Source of the DNA: Gammaproteobacteria bacterium
GTDB lineage: Bacteria > Pseudomonadota > Gammaproteobacteria > Eutrophobiales > Eutrophobiaceae
Assembly: GCA_965243205.1 (NCBI GenBank)
Contig: CBDEUK010000001.1
Location: 320,001 to 384,000, forward strand
DNA: 64,000 nucleotides
Reading direction: 5' to 3'
Positions within the stretch are counted from its first letter, which is position 1. Every line of letters begins with the position of its first letter. This document shows, in pieces, positions 10,786 to 19,995 of the stretch. A model generated the notes under the pieces. That model had not been told where the DNA came from. It searched no databases and saw nothing but the letters and a program-made list of their open reading frames with translations. The position numbers and the translations under genes are program-made.

Positions 10786-11826
10786 ATGCGCAACATTTTC
10801 TTTTCTATAGTTATCATGGCCGCCATTCTATTAACCTGGTGGTTTTATTCGAACCCTAATGAATCATCAAATATTCTGCCTGAAGAAGAAGTTGCTACGA
10901 ATTCTTCTTCAACTCCATCAGTTCAATCAGAAACAACTATTACCCAAGAAGCAGAACACTATATTGAACAGATAACCGATCAAACTATCAATACGGTAGA
11001 AATGACAGATGCCGATGACTTTGTAACCAAAGATCAAAACATTTATTTAGGCGATTCAAAAGAAATAGAAACACTTTCTTTAAATGATTTAGAAAGCTCT
11101 GATTTTAACAATAAAGCACCTATCACTCTTATTGAGACTCAACAGCAAATTATTCATAAAACACCCAGTGACATTTTGTTAGAAGCCAAAGGTGACAAAA
11201 CAAAACAGATTCAATATTTAGAAAATAACACTATTACAGAAAGTTCTATTGGCGAGCTATTAGAAAAATACCCATTAGATACCATAGAAAATATTCCAAT
11301 CATTATAAATACTGAAAACTACGTAATTACGACAATAGATGAATTAAAAAATAATTCTGAAATAGATAAAGATGAACCTTTAAAAATTATAAAAAAACCT
11401 TACCGAGAAACAACTACCAGTATCGGTGAGTTGCTTATGACAGATGAATCAATTGCGAATGATGATATTTTTTATGTCAGAAATATTAATGATTCTGATA
11501 AAGCAGGTATCTGGGGAATAGTTCAAGATGGTTTATTACAAAATTTTGCTAAAGGCATAGCCATTAAACGTGGCGAAAATTATGAAAAATATCAAATTGA
11601 AATCCCTAAAGAAGCCGATGAAAAACTAGCTGATCAAACCAGCTCTTTCCTGGGCAAACTCATATACGATAAATCTCAAAAATCGTATGTCTATAATTTT
11701 GAAAAAGGCAAAATGGGTAGAAACCCAAATCTAATATACCCCGGTAGTGAAATAGTTATCATCCAGTTCACTCAAGACGAATTAATTGAAATTTATAGAC
11801 ATTTCGTAACTAAAAATAAAACATAA
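10786..11826 (+). CDS. Membrane-anchored hypothetical protein with internal repeats and a LysM-like C-terminal region
   Basis: N-terminal TM helix, acidic linker, repeated (S/T)IxEL units and C-terminal RNPNLIYPGSEIVI; ATG directly abuts the CBS stop codon. Confidence 0.6.
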   Translation: MRNIFFSIVIMAAILLTWWFYSNPNESSNILPEEEVATNSSSTPSVQSETTITQEAEHYIEQITDQTINTVEMTDADDFVTKDQNIYLGDSKEIETLSLNDLESSDFNNKAPITLIETQQQIIHKTPSDILLEAKGDKTKQIQYLENNTITESSIGELLEKYPLDTIENIPIIINTENYVITTIDELKNNSEIDKDEPLKIIKKPYRETTTSIGELLMTDESIANDDIFYVRNINDSDKAGIWGIVQDGLLQNFAKGIAIKRGENYEKYQIEIPKEADEKLADQTSSFLGKLIYDKSQKSYVYNFEKGKMGRNPNLIYPGSEIVIIQFTQDELIEIYRHFVTKNKT

Positions 11827-11849
11827 AGTCACTTTAAACCAACGACGTC

Positions 11850-11869
11850 TTCTGTATACTTAAACAGTA
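11850..11869. promoter_or_regulatory. LexA/SOS-box-like operator overlapping a TATAAT upstream of pgi
   Basis: ttCTGTatacttaaACAGta = CTGT-N8-ACAG, 16/20 to TACTGTATATATATACAGTA; TATAAT at 11868-11873. Confidence 0.5.
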
Positions 11870-11923
11870 TAATTACTTAATTCCTTGCGTTTTTATAATA
11901 CGACTTAGAACATAGGTTATTAG

Positions 11924-13519
11924 ATGTTGTCTGAATATATCAATCCGAGCAAAGCTCCTGAATGGGAAGAACTCACAAAACACTTCCAATCAATAAAACA
12001 TAAACATTTAATTAATTTTTTTGAACACGATAGTGAACGAGCAAATAATTATTCTTTCACTATTGATGAACTGCTCATCGATATATCAAAAAACTTTTTC
12101 AATGCATCAACATTTAATAATCTGTTCAAACTAGCAAATGCAGTACAACTAAAACCTCAGATCGACGCCATGTTTAATGGTGACGACATCAATCTAACTG
12201 AGCAACGTCCAGCGATGCATTGGGCTTTGCGTGCTAATCGTCAACAGCTTGCTTCTCAAAATAAATCATTAGCATTAGAGATTCATTCTGAATTTGAAAA
12301 AGTTGAATCTATTGCTGAACATATCCGCTCTGGCTCTTTTAAAGGTTACAGTGATAAACCGATTAACACCATTGTAAACATTGGGATTGGCGGTTCTGAT
12401 TTAGGCCCTCGTCTGGTGTGTAATGCTTTAAAGACATTTTCAGATTCTTTTATCAATCTTCAATTTGTTTCTAACGTTGATAAAAGTGATTTAGAGCAAG
12501 TATTAGAAGTATGCAACCCCGAAACAACTTTATTCATCGTCGCTTCAAAATCGTTTAGTACTTTAGAAACAAAAATGAATGCAGAGAGTGCTCGTCAATG
12601 GATTATGAATAAAGGCTGTACTGATTTATCAAAACATTTCATCGCTATTACTGCAAATACTAAAGCAGCTATTGGGTTTGGAATCGAAGAGCAAAATATT
12701 TTGTCATTTTGGTCATGGGTAGGAGGACGTTACTCCTTATGGTCTGCGATAGGTTTACCTATCGCTATTTCAATCGGCATGGACAATTTTCGCAACCTAT
12801 TATCAGGTGCTGCTAAAATTGATAATCATTTTAAATCCAATGATTTTAATACCAACATTCCTGTTCTACTTGCTCTATTAGATGTTTGGTATAGAAACTT
12901 TTTAAAAATAGAAACGCTTGCTGTTGTTCCTTATGATCATAATCTTAAATTATTACCCGATTATCTTTCGCAATTGATCATGGAAAGTAATGGTAAAAAT
13001 ATTGACCGTAACGGAAAAGCTATCAATTACCAAACATCATCTATTGTTTGGGGTTCAGTCGGTACCAATGCTCAACATGCTTTTTTCCAACAATTACATC
13101 AAGGTACCAATAAAGCCGCTGTTGATTTTCTAGTTAGTATTAATAATTTTTATGATGATAAAAAACACCAACAAGCTTTATATGCAAACTGTATTGCTCA
13201 AAGCGAAGCACTAATGGTGGGTAAATCTGATAACACTAGTAATGAAACCTATCGTTATTTCGAAGGTAACCGCCCTAGCACTATATTTGTCTATGAAAAA
13301 TTAACACCTGAAATATTAGGAATGATTTTAGCTATCTATGAACATAGAACTTTTGTACAAGGCTGCATCTATAATATTAATTCATTCGACCAATGGGGAG
13401 TTGAACTAGGTAAAGAATTATCGAATAAAATTTCAGGAGAGTTAAGCAATAAACAAATTAGTATCCATGATGAATCTACCAAAAACTTACTTAAACATTT
13501 TTTATCAAAACAAAATTAA
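11924..13519 (+). CDS. pgi: Glucose-6-phosphate isomerase
   Basis: NIGIGGSDLGP, IVASKSFST, WVGGRYSLWSAIG, MESNGK and SFDQWGVELGK. Confidence 0.97.
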   Translation: MLSEYINPSKAPEWEELTKHFQSIKHKHLINFFEHDSERANNYSFTIDELLIDISKNFFNASTFNNLFKLANAVQLKPQIDAMFNGDDINLTEQRPAMHWALRANRQQLASQNKSLALEIHSEFEKVESIAEHIRSGSFKGYSDKPINTIVNIGIGGSDLGPRLVCNALKTFSDSFINLQFVSNVDKSDLEQVLEVCNPETTLFIVASKSFSTLETKMNAESARQWIMNKGCTDLSKHFIAITANTKAAIGFGIEEQNILSFWSWVGGRYSLWSAIGLPIAISIGMDNFRNLLSGAAKIDNHFKSNDFNTNIPVLLALLDVWYRNFLKIETLAVVPYDHNLKLLPDYLSQLIMESNGKNIDRNGKAINYQTSSIVWGSVGTNAQHAFFQQLHQGTNKAAVDFLVSINNFYDDKKHQQALYANCIAQSEALMVGKSDNTSNETYRYFEGNRPSTIFVYEKLTPEILGMILAIYEHRTFVQGCIYNINSFDQWGVELGKELSNKISGELSNKQISIHDESTKNLLKHFLSKQN

Positions 13520-13525
13520 ATAATC

Positions 13526-14824
13526 TTACGGTTGAGTATTACCAACAACTAAGCTATTCGATAAAGATAGGCGTTTCACCAAACTATTCATAAAGACTTT
13601 ACTAAAACTTAATTGACAATCAATTGAAACTTGATCAATCAATGTCGCATTTATCTTCATTAGGTTCACATAATCCTTAGCTCGAATACTAGCTGTTCTT
13701 TGGCTTTTCGTTAAATATGCCATTTCACCAAAACATGAACCTTTGCTTAAAGTACCGAGAATTTGGTTATCTTTAACCACCTCAACATTACCGGAAGTAA
13801 TGATATAAAAGGAATCATCGATATCTCCTTCAACAATAATTTGATCACCAGGTTCAAACTCTTGCCAAGTTGCTGCTCGAATAATTTCCCAAATTTGTGG
13901 CTCAGGAAAATCTTCGAAAAAATCTAATTGCCTAATAGCATTAAATTTTTCTTCTACAGAAATATCTTTTTCAGGCTTCTCTAGAAAATCAAATGCTAAG
14001 CTTAAATCAGCAGCCATGTTTAACCCCATTTTGTATCGTTTAGCTGGATCTTTAGCGAGAGCAAAATGAATAATTTTTTCTAAAATCTCTGGTATGTCAG
14101 AACGATGTGTACTTAAAGGCAAATGTTTTTCATTGATCACTTTATGAATCAAACGTGAAAAACTTTCAGCATAGAAAGGATGCCTTCCAGTGATCAATTC
14201 ATACATCACAATACCTAGCGAAAAAATATCGGTTTGATTATTAATAGTATCTTCTTGAACTTGTTCTGGAGACATATACCTTGGTGAGCCTACAAAGCCC
14301 ATAGGCATGGTATTCGTTGTATCAGTCGAATCCACATGCGCAATACTAAAATCACCTATCTTCACGTTTTTATCTTTTGCCAACAATATATTGGTTGGCT
14401 TGATATCACGATGAATGATTCCTTGACGATGTGCATAATCCAAAGCCTTGGCACATTTAAAAACAATTTCGATAACTTGTTCAATCGGTAGTAAATTATT
14501 TGGAGTACAATAATTTTTTAATGTATCACTGCCTTCGATCAATTCCATTACGATGTAACAATTATCTTCTTCCGCACCTGCATCAAGTATCTCAATAATA
14601 TTCGGATGTTTTAACATTCCAGCAGTATGTGCTTCGTTGAAAAACATCTTACGATAGCGATTACCAGCTTCTTTATTGTTGAGTGAATCAGTAAGGGCAA
14701 GTTTCAAGGCAACTTGGCGGTCGGCATAGGGATCATAACCACGATAGACCATGCCCATGCTGCCTCTACCTATCAGCTTATGGATTTCATATTTACCTAA
14801 TTTTTCAGGAACGATGTTAGCCAT
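13526..14824 (-). CDS. Hanks-type Ser/Thr kinase with C-terminal cyclic-nucleotide-binding domain (paralog 2)
   Basis: GRGSMGMVY, VALK, HRDIKPTN, DFS, GSPRYMSPE; GSCFGEMAYLTKSQRTASIRA; start set at ATG 14824 by alignment with paralog 1 (MANIVPEKLGKY vs MSNPIPEKLGKY). Confidence 0.92.
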   Translation of the reverse strand: MANIVPEKLGKYEIHKLIGRGSMGMVYRGYDPYADRQVALKLALTDSLNNKEAGNRYRKMFFNEAHTAGMLKHPNIIEILDAGAEEDNCYIVMELIEGSDTLKNYCTPNNLLPIEQVIEIVFKCAKALDYAHRQGIIHRDIKPTNILLAKDKNVKIGDFSIAHVDSTDTTNTMPMGFVGSPRYMSPEQVQEDTINNQTDIFSLGIVMYELITGRHPFYAESFSRLIHKVINEKHLPLSTHRSDIPEILEKIIHFALAKDPAKRYKMGLNMAADLSLAFDFLEKPEKDISVEEKFNAIRQLDFFEDFPEPQIWEIIRAATWQEFEPGDQIIVEGDIDDSFYIITSGNVEVVKDNQILGTLSKGSCFGEMAYLTKSQRTASIRAKDYVNLMKINATLIDQVSIDCQLSFSKVFMNSLVKRLSLSNSLVVGNTQP

Positions 14825-14843
14825 TCTTTTAATGCGCCTTCTT

Positions 14844-14877
14844 AAATAAAACAAAGCACCGCTATTGCAGTGCTTTG
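14844..14877 (-). terminator. Probable intrinsic terminator of dxs
   Basis: Stem caaagcac...gtgctttg with an adjacent A-run (a U-tail on the minus strand). Confidence 0.5.
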
Positions 14878-14908
14878 GAGATTATCAGCAAATTATAGAT
14901 TATTTTAG

Positions 14909-16798
14909 CTAAGCTGTTTGTGCATTTTCAGTAGTTGGATCACACTGATGGCTTTTAATAAATTCCAAAATCCCATCCTTTGTTAGCTTCGCATCTTCTA
15001 ACATATCTTCACGAGAGCCATGAGGTAAGAAACGGTCTGGTAATCCGTAATTAATGACTCTTTGTACAATACCATGAGCCGCTAAGGTCTCAAGAACAGC
15101 AGAACCAGCGCCACCTTGTACCATATTTTCTTCGACAGTAACCAATAGGTCATGAGAATTAGCCATTTCAATGATCATTGATTCATCAATTGGTTTTACA
15201 AAACGCATATTCACAACTGTGGCATCAAGTTCATTGGCAGCTTCTAAGCAATCAGCTAAGACCGTTCCAAAAGCAAGAATTGCAATGCCTTTACCTTGAC
15301 GACGCACTTCAGCTTTTCCTATCGGTATCGCTGTCATTTCTTGTTGAATTTCAACACCTGGTCCACCACCACGTGGATAACGAACAGCTGCGGCACCATC
15401 GTGCATAAAACCGGTATACAACATTTGTCGGCATTCATTTTCATCCGCAGGAGTCATGATCACCATTTTAGGCAAACAACGCATAAATGAAATGTCATAA
15501 GAACCATTATGTGTTTGACCATCAGCCCCAACAGCACCAGCACGATCAATAGCAAATAAAACTGGCAGATCTTGAGTAATGACATCATGGATTAACTGAT
15601 CATAACCACGTTGTAAAAACGTTGAATAAATGGCCACTACTGGTTTCAAACCATCACATGCCATGCCTGCCGCTACGGTAACACTGTGTTGTTCAGCTAT
15701 TGCTACATCAAAATAACGATCTGGGTATTCCTTCTCAAAGCGAACAAGACCCGAGCCTTCACGCATTGCTGGTGTAATTGCGACTAAACGTTTATCAATT
15801 GCAGCCATATCGCAAACCCAATCACCAAATACCTTACTGTAAGTCGGCTTGCTCGGTTTATTACTTGGAATAATCCCTTTTTCTGGATCAAATGGCGTCA
15901 CGCCATGGTATTTAACAGGATCTTCTTCGGCTGGACCGTAACCTTTACCTTTTTGAGTAATAATGTGTAAAAGCTGTGGCCCATCAAGTTCTTGAATATT
16001 ACGTATGGTTTCTAATAAAGCCGGTAAATTGTGACCATCAATGGGTCCAATATAATTAAAACCAAATTCTTCGAATAAAGTACCTGGAACGACTAAACCT
16101 TTGATGTGTTCCTCTGCTCGGCGCGCTAATTCCCATGCTGGCGGCATCTTTGATAAAACTTTTTTACCCTGCTCACGTACCGAGGTGTATAACTTTCCAG
16201 AAATCAGCTGGGCAAAACGATTTGATAATGCGCCAACATTCGGTGAAATCGACATATTATTATCATTCAATATCACCAAAACATCGTTATCCAAACCACC
16301 AGCATGATTCAAAGCTTCAAATGCCATTCCAGCAGTCATAGCACCATCACCTATAACAGCAACTGCCTTTCGATTCGAACCCAGATTTTTTGCCGCGATA
16401 GACATACCAAGGGCAGCACTAATAGATGTACTTGAATGACCAACTCCAAAGGTATCGTATTCACTTTCTTCGCGTTTTGGGAAAGGTGATAAACCTTGCC
16501 ACTTTCGGATCGATTGCAGGCGATCCAATCGCCCTGTAAGCATCTTGTGAACATAGGCTTGATGACCTACATCCCAAACAATTCTATCTTCGGGGGTGTT
16601 ATATAAATAATGTAGAGCAACCGTTAGCTCAGTAACCCCTAAACTGGCTGCAAAATGACCACCACTTTGGCTCACAGAGTGCAATAAGTAATCACGCAAT
16701 TCTTGAGCGAGTGATTCCAGCTGTGATTCAGGTAATTTCCTAAGATCAGCAGGAGAAGAAATTGTATCTAGTATCGGTGTATTAATAGAGACCGCCAT
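14909..16798 (-). CDS. dxs: 1-deoxy-D-xylulose-5-phosphate synthase
   Basis: [43 protein letters not shown] and [11 protein letters not shown]. Confidence 0.97.
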   Translation of the reverse strand: MAVSINTPILDTISSPADLRKLPESQLESLAQELRDYLLHSVSQSGGHFAASLGVTELTVALHYLYNTPEDRIVWDVGHQAYVHKMLTGRLDRLQSIRKWQGLSPFPKREESEYDTFGVGHSSTSISAALGMSIAAKNLGSNRKAVAVIGDGAMTAGMAFEALNHAGGLDNDVLVILNDNNMSISPNVGALSNRFAQLISGKLYTSVREQGKKVLSKMPPAWELARRAEEHIKGLVVPGTLFEEFGFNYIGPIDGHNLPALLETIRNIQELDGPQLLHIITQKGKGYGPAEEDPVKYHGVTPFDPEKGIIPSNKPSKPTYSKVFGDWVCDMAAIDKRLVAITPAMREGSGLVRFEKEYPDRYFDVAIAEQHSVTVAAGMACDGLKPVVAIYSTFLQRGYDQLIHDVITQDLPVLFAIDRAGAVGADGQTHNGSYDISFMRCLPKMVIMTPADENECRQMLYTGFMHDGAAAVRYPRGGGPGVEIQQEMTAIPIGKAEVRRQGKGIAILAFGTVLADCLEAANELDATVVNMRFVKPIDESMIIEMANSHDLLVTVEENMVQGGAGSAVLETLAAHGIVQRVINYGLPDRFLPHGSREDMLEDAKLTKDGILEFIKSHQCDPTTENAQTA

Positions 16799-17016
16799 TT
16801 ATCCGCATTAGGCCCTTGTGTTAAATAAAGCCGTTCATTATGAAGTTGCTCAACCAAGCTTTCAAGTATCTCTGAAAATATATTTTTGAGTACTAACATT
16901 AAAAATAGCTTAATTTTAGTTTGTTGCACTGTACATTTGATGCTTCATCTATTATCGTGCCGCGTTAACTTATATCTAGTTACTTTTATCGAAGAACAAC
17001 AAAACGGAGTCTATTT

Positions 17017-18150
17017 ATGTCAGTCCCATTGATTCAACAATACCGCGTTGGAAAATACATCATAGGGAGAAAACTTTCCGGTCAGAAACGCTATCCTTTG
17101 GTACTCATGTTGGAACCATTATTTCGTTGTAATTTAGCGTGCGCTGGCTGCGGCAAAATTGACTATCCTGATGAAATTCTTGATAAAAGACTCAGTTATG
17201 ATGAGTGTATGGAAGCTATTGATGAATGTGGTGCACCAATTGTTTCAATCGCTGGTGGGGAACCATTAATTCATAAAGAAATGCCTGAGATCGTTCAAGG
17301 TTTTATCAATAAGAAAAAATTCGTCTATTTATGTACTAATGCTTTATTACTAGCAAAACGCATGGATGACTATGAACCATCTCCGTATTTAACCTTTTCA
17401 ATTCACTTAGATGGCAATCAAGAACGCCATGACGCTTCAGTTTGTCGTGAAGGTGTATATGACAAGTGTATTGAGGTAATCAAGCAAGCCCGTGACAGAG
17501 GCTTCCGTGTAACCATCAATTGCACTTTGTTCCAGGGTGAAACCGCAGATGAAATAGCTGAATTTATTGATGATTCTAATGCTCTAGGTGTTGAAGGAGT
17601 CACCATTTCTCCTGGATACAGCTACGAACGCGCTCCGAGACAAGATGTATTCTTAAAACGCAAAGAAAGTAAGCAACTTTTCCGTGATATTTTCAAACTA
17701 GGCAAAGGCAAGAAATGGCGTTTTAACCAATCTTCGTTGTATTTGGATTTTCTTGCAGGCAATCAAACCTATCAATGCACACCTTGGGGTAACCCGACTC
17801 GAAATATCTTTGGTTGGCAAAAGCCATGTTACCTACTCGTCGGTGAAGGTTATACCAACTCATTCAAATCGTTGATGGAAGAGACCGATTGGGATAACTG
17901 GGGCAATGGTAAAAATCCTAAATGTGCTAACTGTATGGTACATAGCGGTTATGAGGCTACTGCTGTTGACGATACTTTCAACAGCCCTTTAAAAGCGCTT
18001 AGAGTTGCTTTGTTTGGTCCTAAAACAGAAGGCGAAATGGCACCAGAGCTACCCGTTTGCTACGACGACAGCTCAGTTCAAAAACCTATCTTAATCAGCG
18101 AAAGCAAATCGGGTAAAAGCTGTAGTAGTAATAACCAACGCGTCGCCTAA
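17017..18150 (+). CDS. hpnH: Hopanoid radical SAM enzyme HpnH (adenosylhopane formation)
   Basis: YPLVLMLEPLFRCNLACAGCGKI, CTPWGNPTRNIFGWQKPCYLL and KCANCMVHSGYE. Confidence 0.93.
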   Translation: MSVPLIQQYRVGKYIIGRKLSGQKRYPLVLMLEPLFRCNLACAGCGKIDYPDEILDKRLSYDECMEAIDECGAPIVSIAGGEPLIHKEMPEIVQGFINKKKFVYLCTNALLLAKRMDDYEPSPYLTFSIHLDGNQERHDASVCREGVYDKCIEVIKQARDRGFRVTINCTLFQGETADEIAEFIDDSNALGVEGVTISPGYSYERAPRQDVFLKRKESKQLFRDIFKLGKGKKWRFNQSSLYLDFLAGNQTYQCTPWGNPTRNIFGWQKPCYLLVGEGYTNSFKSLMEETDWDNWGNGKNPKCANCMVHSGYEATAVDDTFNSPLKALRVALFGPKTEGEMAPELPVCYDDSSVQKPILISESKSGKSCSSNNQRVA

Positions 18151-18159
18151 GGTTTTTTA

Positions 18160-19269
18160 ATGCTGGCCCTAGTTTTAGGGACATCAAGCTTGGTAATTTG
18201 GTTGATTATTGCCATTTTGCCATGGCGTCCATGGAGTACCCGCGAACAACTCGATTCAGAGCCAAAATTAACAATCGATCTAAGCGATTTAACTGTACTG
18301 ATTCCTGCGAGAAATGAATCAGAAGTTATTATGCAAACGCTCAGTTCTATTATCGAGCAAGCTCCTAGTACTTCAATCATCCTTGTTGATGATCAATCAA
18401 CCGATGGCACATCTGAATTAGCTCGTTCTTTAAATCATGCAAAACTCACAATTATTGAAGGCCTAAATACGGAATCTGGTTGGAGTGGTAAGCTGTATGC
18501 ACTCGAACAAGGTAGGCAACAAGTTTCCACACCATATGTATTATTACTTGATGCAGATATAGCACTCGAACCTGGGATATTAGCTACCTTAAAGTCTAAA
18601 ATGTTGGTTGAAAAATTATCCATGATTTCACTCATGGCCGAATTAAAAATGCAGACGTTTTGGGAAAAATTATTGATGCCTGCGTTCATATACTTCTTTA
18701 AGTTACTCTATCCATTTCATCTTTCAAACCAAGCTAATACACCTATTGCTGCGGCTGCAGGTGGATGTATTTTATTAAAAACTGATGTACTTAATGAAAT
18801 TGGTGGCTTTGCTGCAATCAAATCGGCTTTAATTGACGATTGCTCTTTGGCAAAAATCGTAAAGCAAAACGACCATAAGATTTGGACAGGATTAACTCAC
18901 TCAGTTATTAGCCAACGTTCTTATAATGATTTATCCAGTATTTGGCTAATGGTGACACGGACTGCATTTACACAGCTATATTTTTCGTATTTTCTTCTTT
19001 TATGTTGTGTTGCATTAATGGGTTTGGCCTATATCGTCCCTATTACTGGAATACTAATTTTTTCAGGATATGCTCAACTATTTGCATTAATAGCATTATT
19101 GATAATGTTTTTACTATATTTGCCAACTTTGTCGTTTTACCGCGTCCATTCGTTATGGTGTATCAGTATGCCTCTAGCGGCTATCTTGTATATAATCATG
19201 ACATGCGATTCAGCACTTAAACACAGCTTTGGTAAAGGCGCTGAATGGAAAGGCCGACGTTATCAATAA
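18160..19269 (+). CDS. hpnB: Hopanoid-associated GT2 glycosyltransferase (HpnB-like)
   Basis: IPARNE, VDDQSTDGT, GWSGK, LLDAD, AAAGGCIL, LIDDCSLA, WLMVTRTAFTQL and WKGR. Confidence 0.8.
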   Translation: MLALVLGTSSLVIWLIIAILPWRPWSTREQLDSEPKLTIDLSDLTVLIPARNESEVIMQTLSSIIEQAPSTSIILVDDQSTDGTSELARSLNHAKLTIIEGLNTESGWSGKLYALEQGRQQVSTPYVLLLDADIALEPGILATLKSKMLVEKLSMISLMAELKMQTFWEKLLMPAFIYFFKLLYPFHLSNQANTPIAAAAGGCILLKTDVLNEIGGFAAIKSALIDDCSLAKIVKQNDHKIWTGLTHSVISQRSYNDLSSIWLMVTRTAFTQLYFSYFLLLCCVALMGLAYIVPITGILIFSGYAQLFALIALLIMFLLYLPTLSFYRVHSLWCISMPLAAILYIIMTCDSALKHSFGKGAEWKGRRYQ

Positions 19270-19283
19270 ATACTTCTTAATCT

Positions 19284-19919
19284 ATGTTCAATTTTCCAAT
19301 GCTAAACAATCTAATTAAACAATTTGTAATTCAATTTAGCTTAATCAGCTTACTGTTTATCAGTATTGAAAGCATGGCTGCATCCAAAAACGATGCAATA
19401 TCATTAATTAATAATTTTCATTCTGCATTGTTAGACAATATGCAAAACGCTGAATCTTTAGGGTTCCAAGGACGATACGATGCGATTTCTGAATTAATTG
19501 ATGAAAACTTTGACTTTCCACTCATCGCTAAAGTCATATTAAGTCGGCACTGGAAACAGTTTTCTGATGAACAAAAAGCAAAATTCATTGAACGCTTAAC
19601 TGAGCTCACGAAAAGCACTTACGCGGCTCGCTTCAATGAATTCACTGATGAGCAGTTTAATACGGTCGGAACCGATGAATTAAAAAAAGGTCGACTTTTA
19701 GTGAAAACTGAAATCCAATCTTCTACTCAAGAGGTAGTGAGTCTTAACTACTTATTACACCCTATAGAAAATAATTGGAAAATTATCAGTGTGATAGCCA
19801 ACGGTGTAAATGACTTATCACTAAAACGCGCTGAATATTCTGTCTTTATTAAGGAAAAAGGCTTAGATGGCTTATTGAAAGAAATAAACCATAAAATACA
19901 AGAATATGAAAATTTCTGA
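19284..19919 (+). CDS. hpnM: HpnM / MlaC (Ttg2D)-family periplasmic lipid-binding protein
   Basis: LGFQGRYD, FDFPLIAKVILSRHW and WKIISVIANGVNDLSLKRAEY; located in the hpn operon. Confidence 0.75.
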   Translation: MFNFPMLNNLIKQFVIQFSLISLLFISIESMAASKNDAISLINNFHSALLDNMQNAESLGFQGRYDAISELIDENFDFPLIAKVILSRHWKQFSDEQKAKFIERLTELTKSTYAARFNEFTDEQFNTVGTDELKKGRLLVKTEIQSSTQEVVSLNYLLHPIENNWKIISVIANGVNDLSLKRAEYSVFIKEKGLDGLLKEINHKIQEYENF

Positions 19920-19995
19920 ATTGTGTCGTTGTGATTTCTATGTCAATATCGCTCCTTTAGGGAATCGAGCTTTAACTAATTGAGAGTCAAAAAAG

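Noticed and set aside
8831-14824. cNMP kinases plus cyclase as a Pycsar/CBASS-type anti-phage system
   Set aside because: The cyclase is about 40 kb away, membrane-bound with CHASE2 and ATP-type residues; there is no TIR, TM or nuclease effector and the context is housekeeping
19930-19945. TGTGA-N6-TGTCA upstream of vacJ as a CRP site
   Set aside because: Two mismatches in the second half-site; expected by chance in AT-rich DNA
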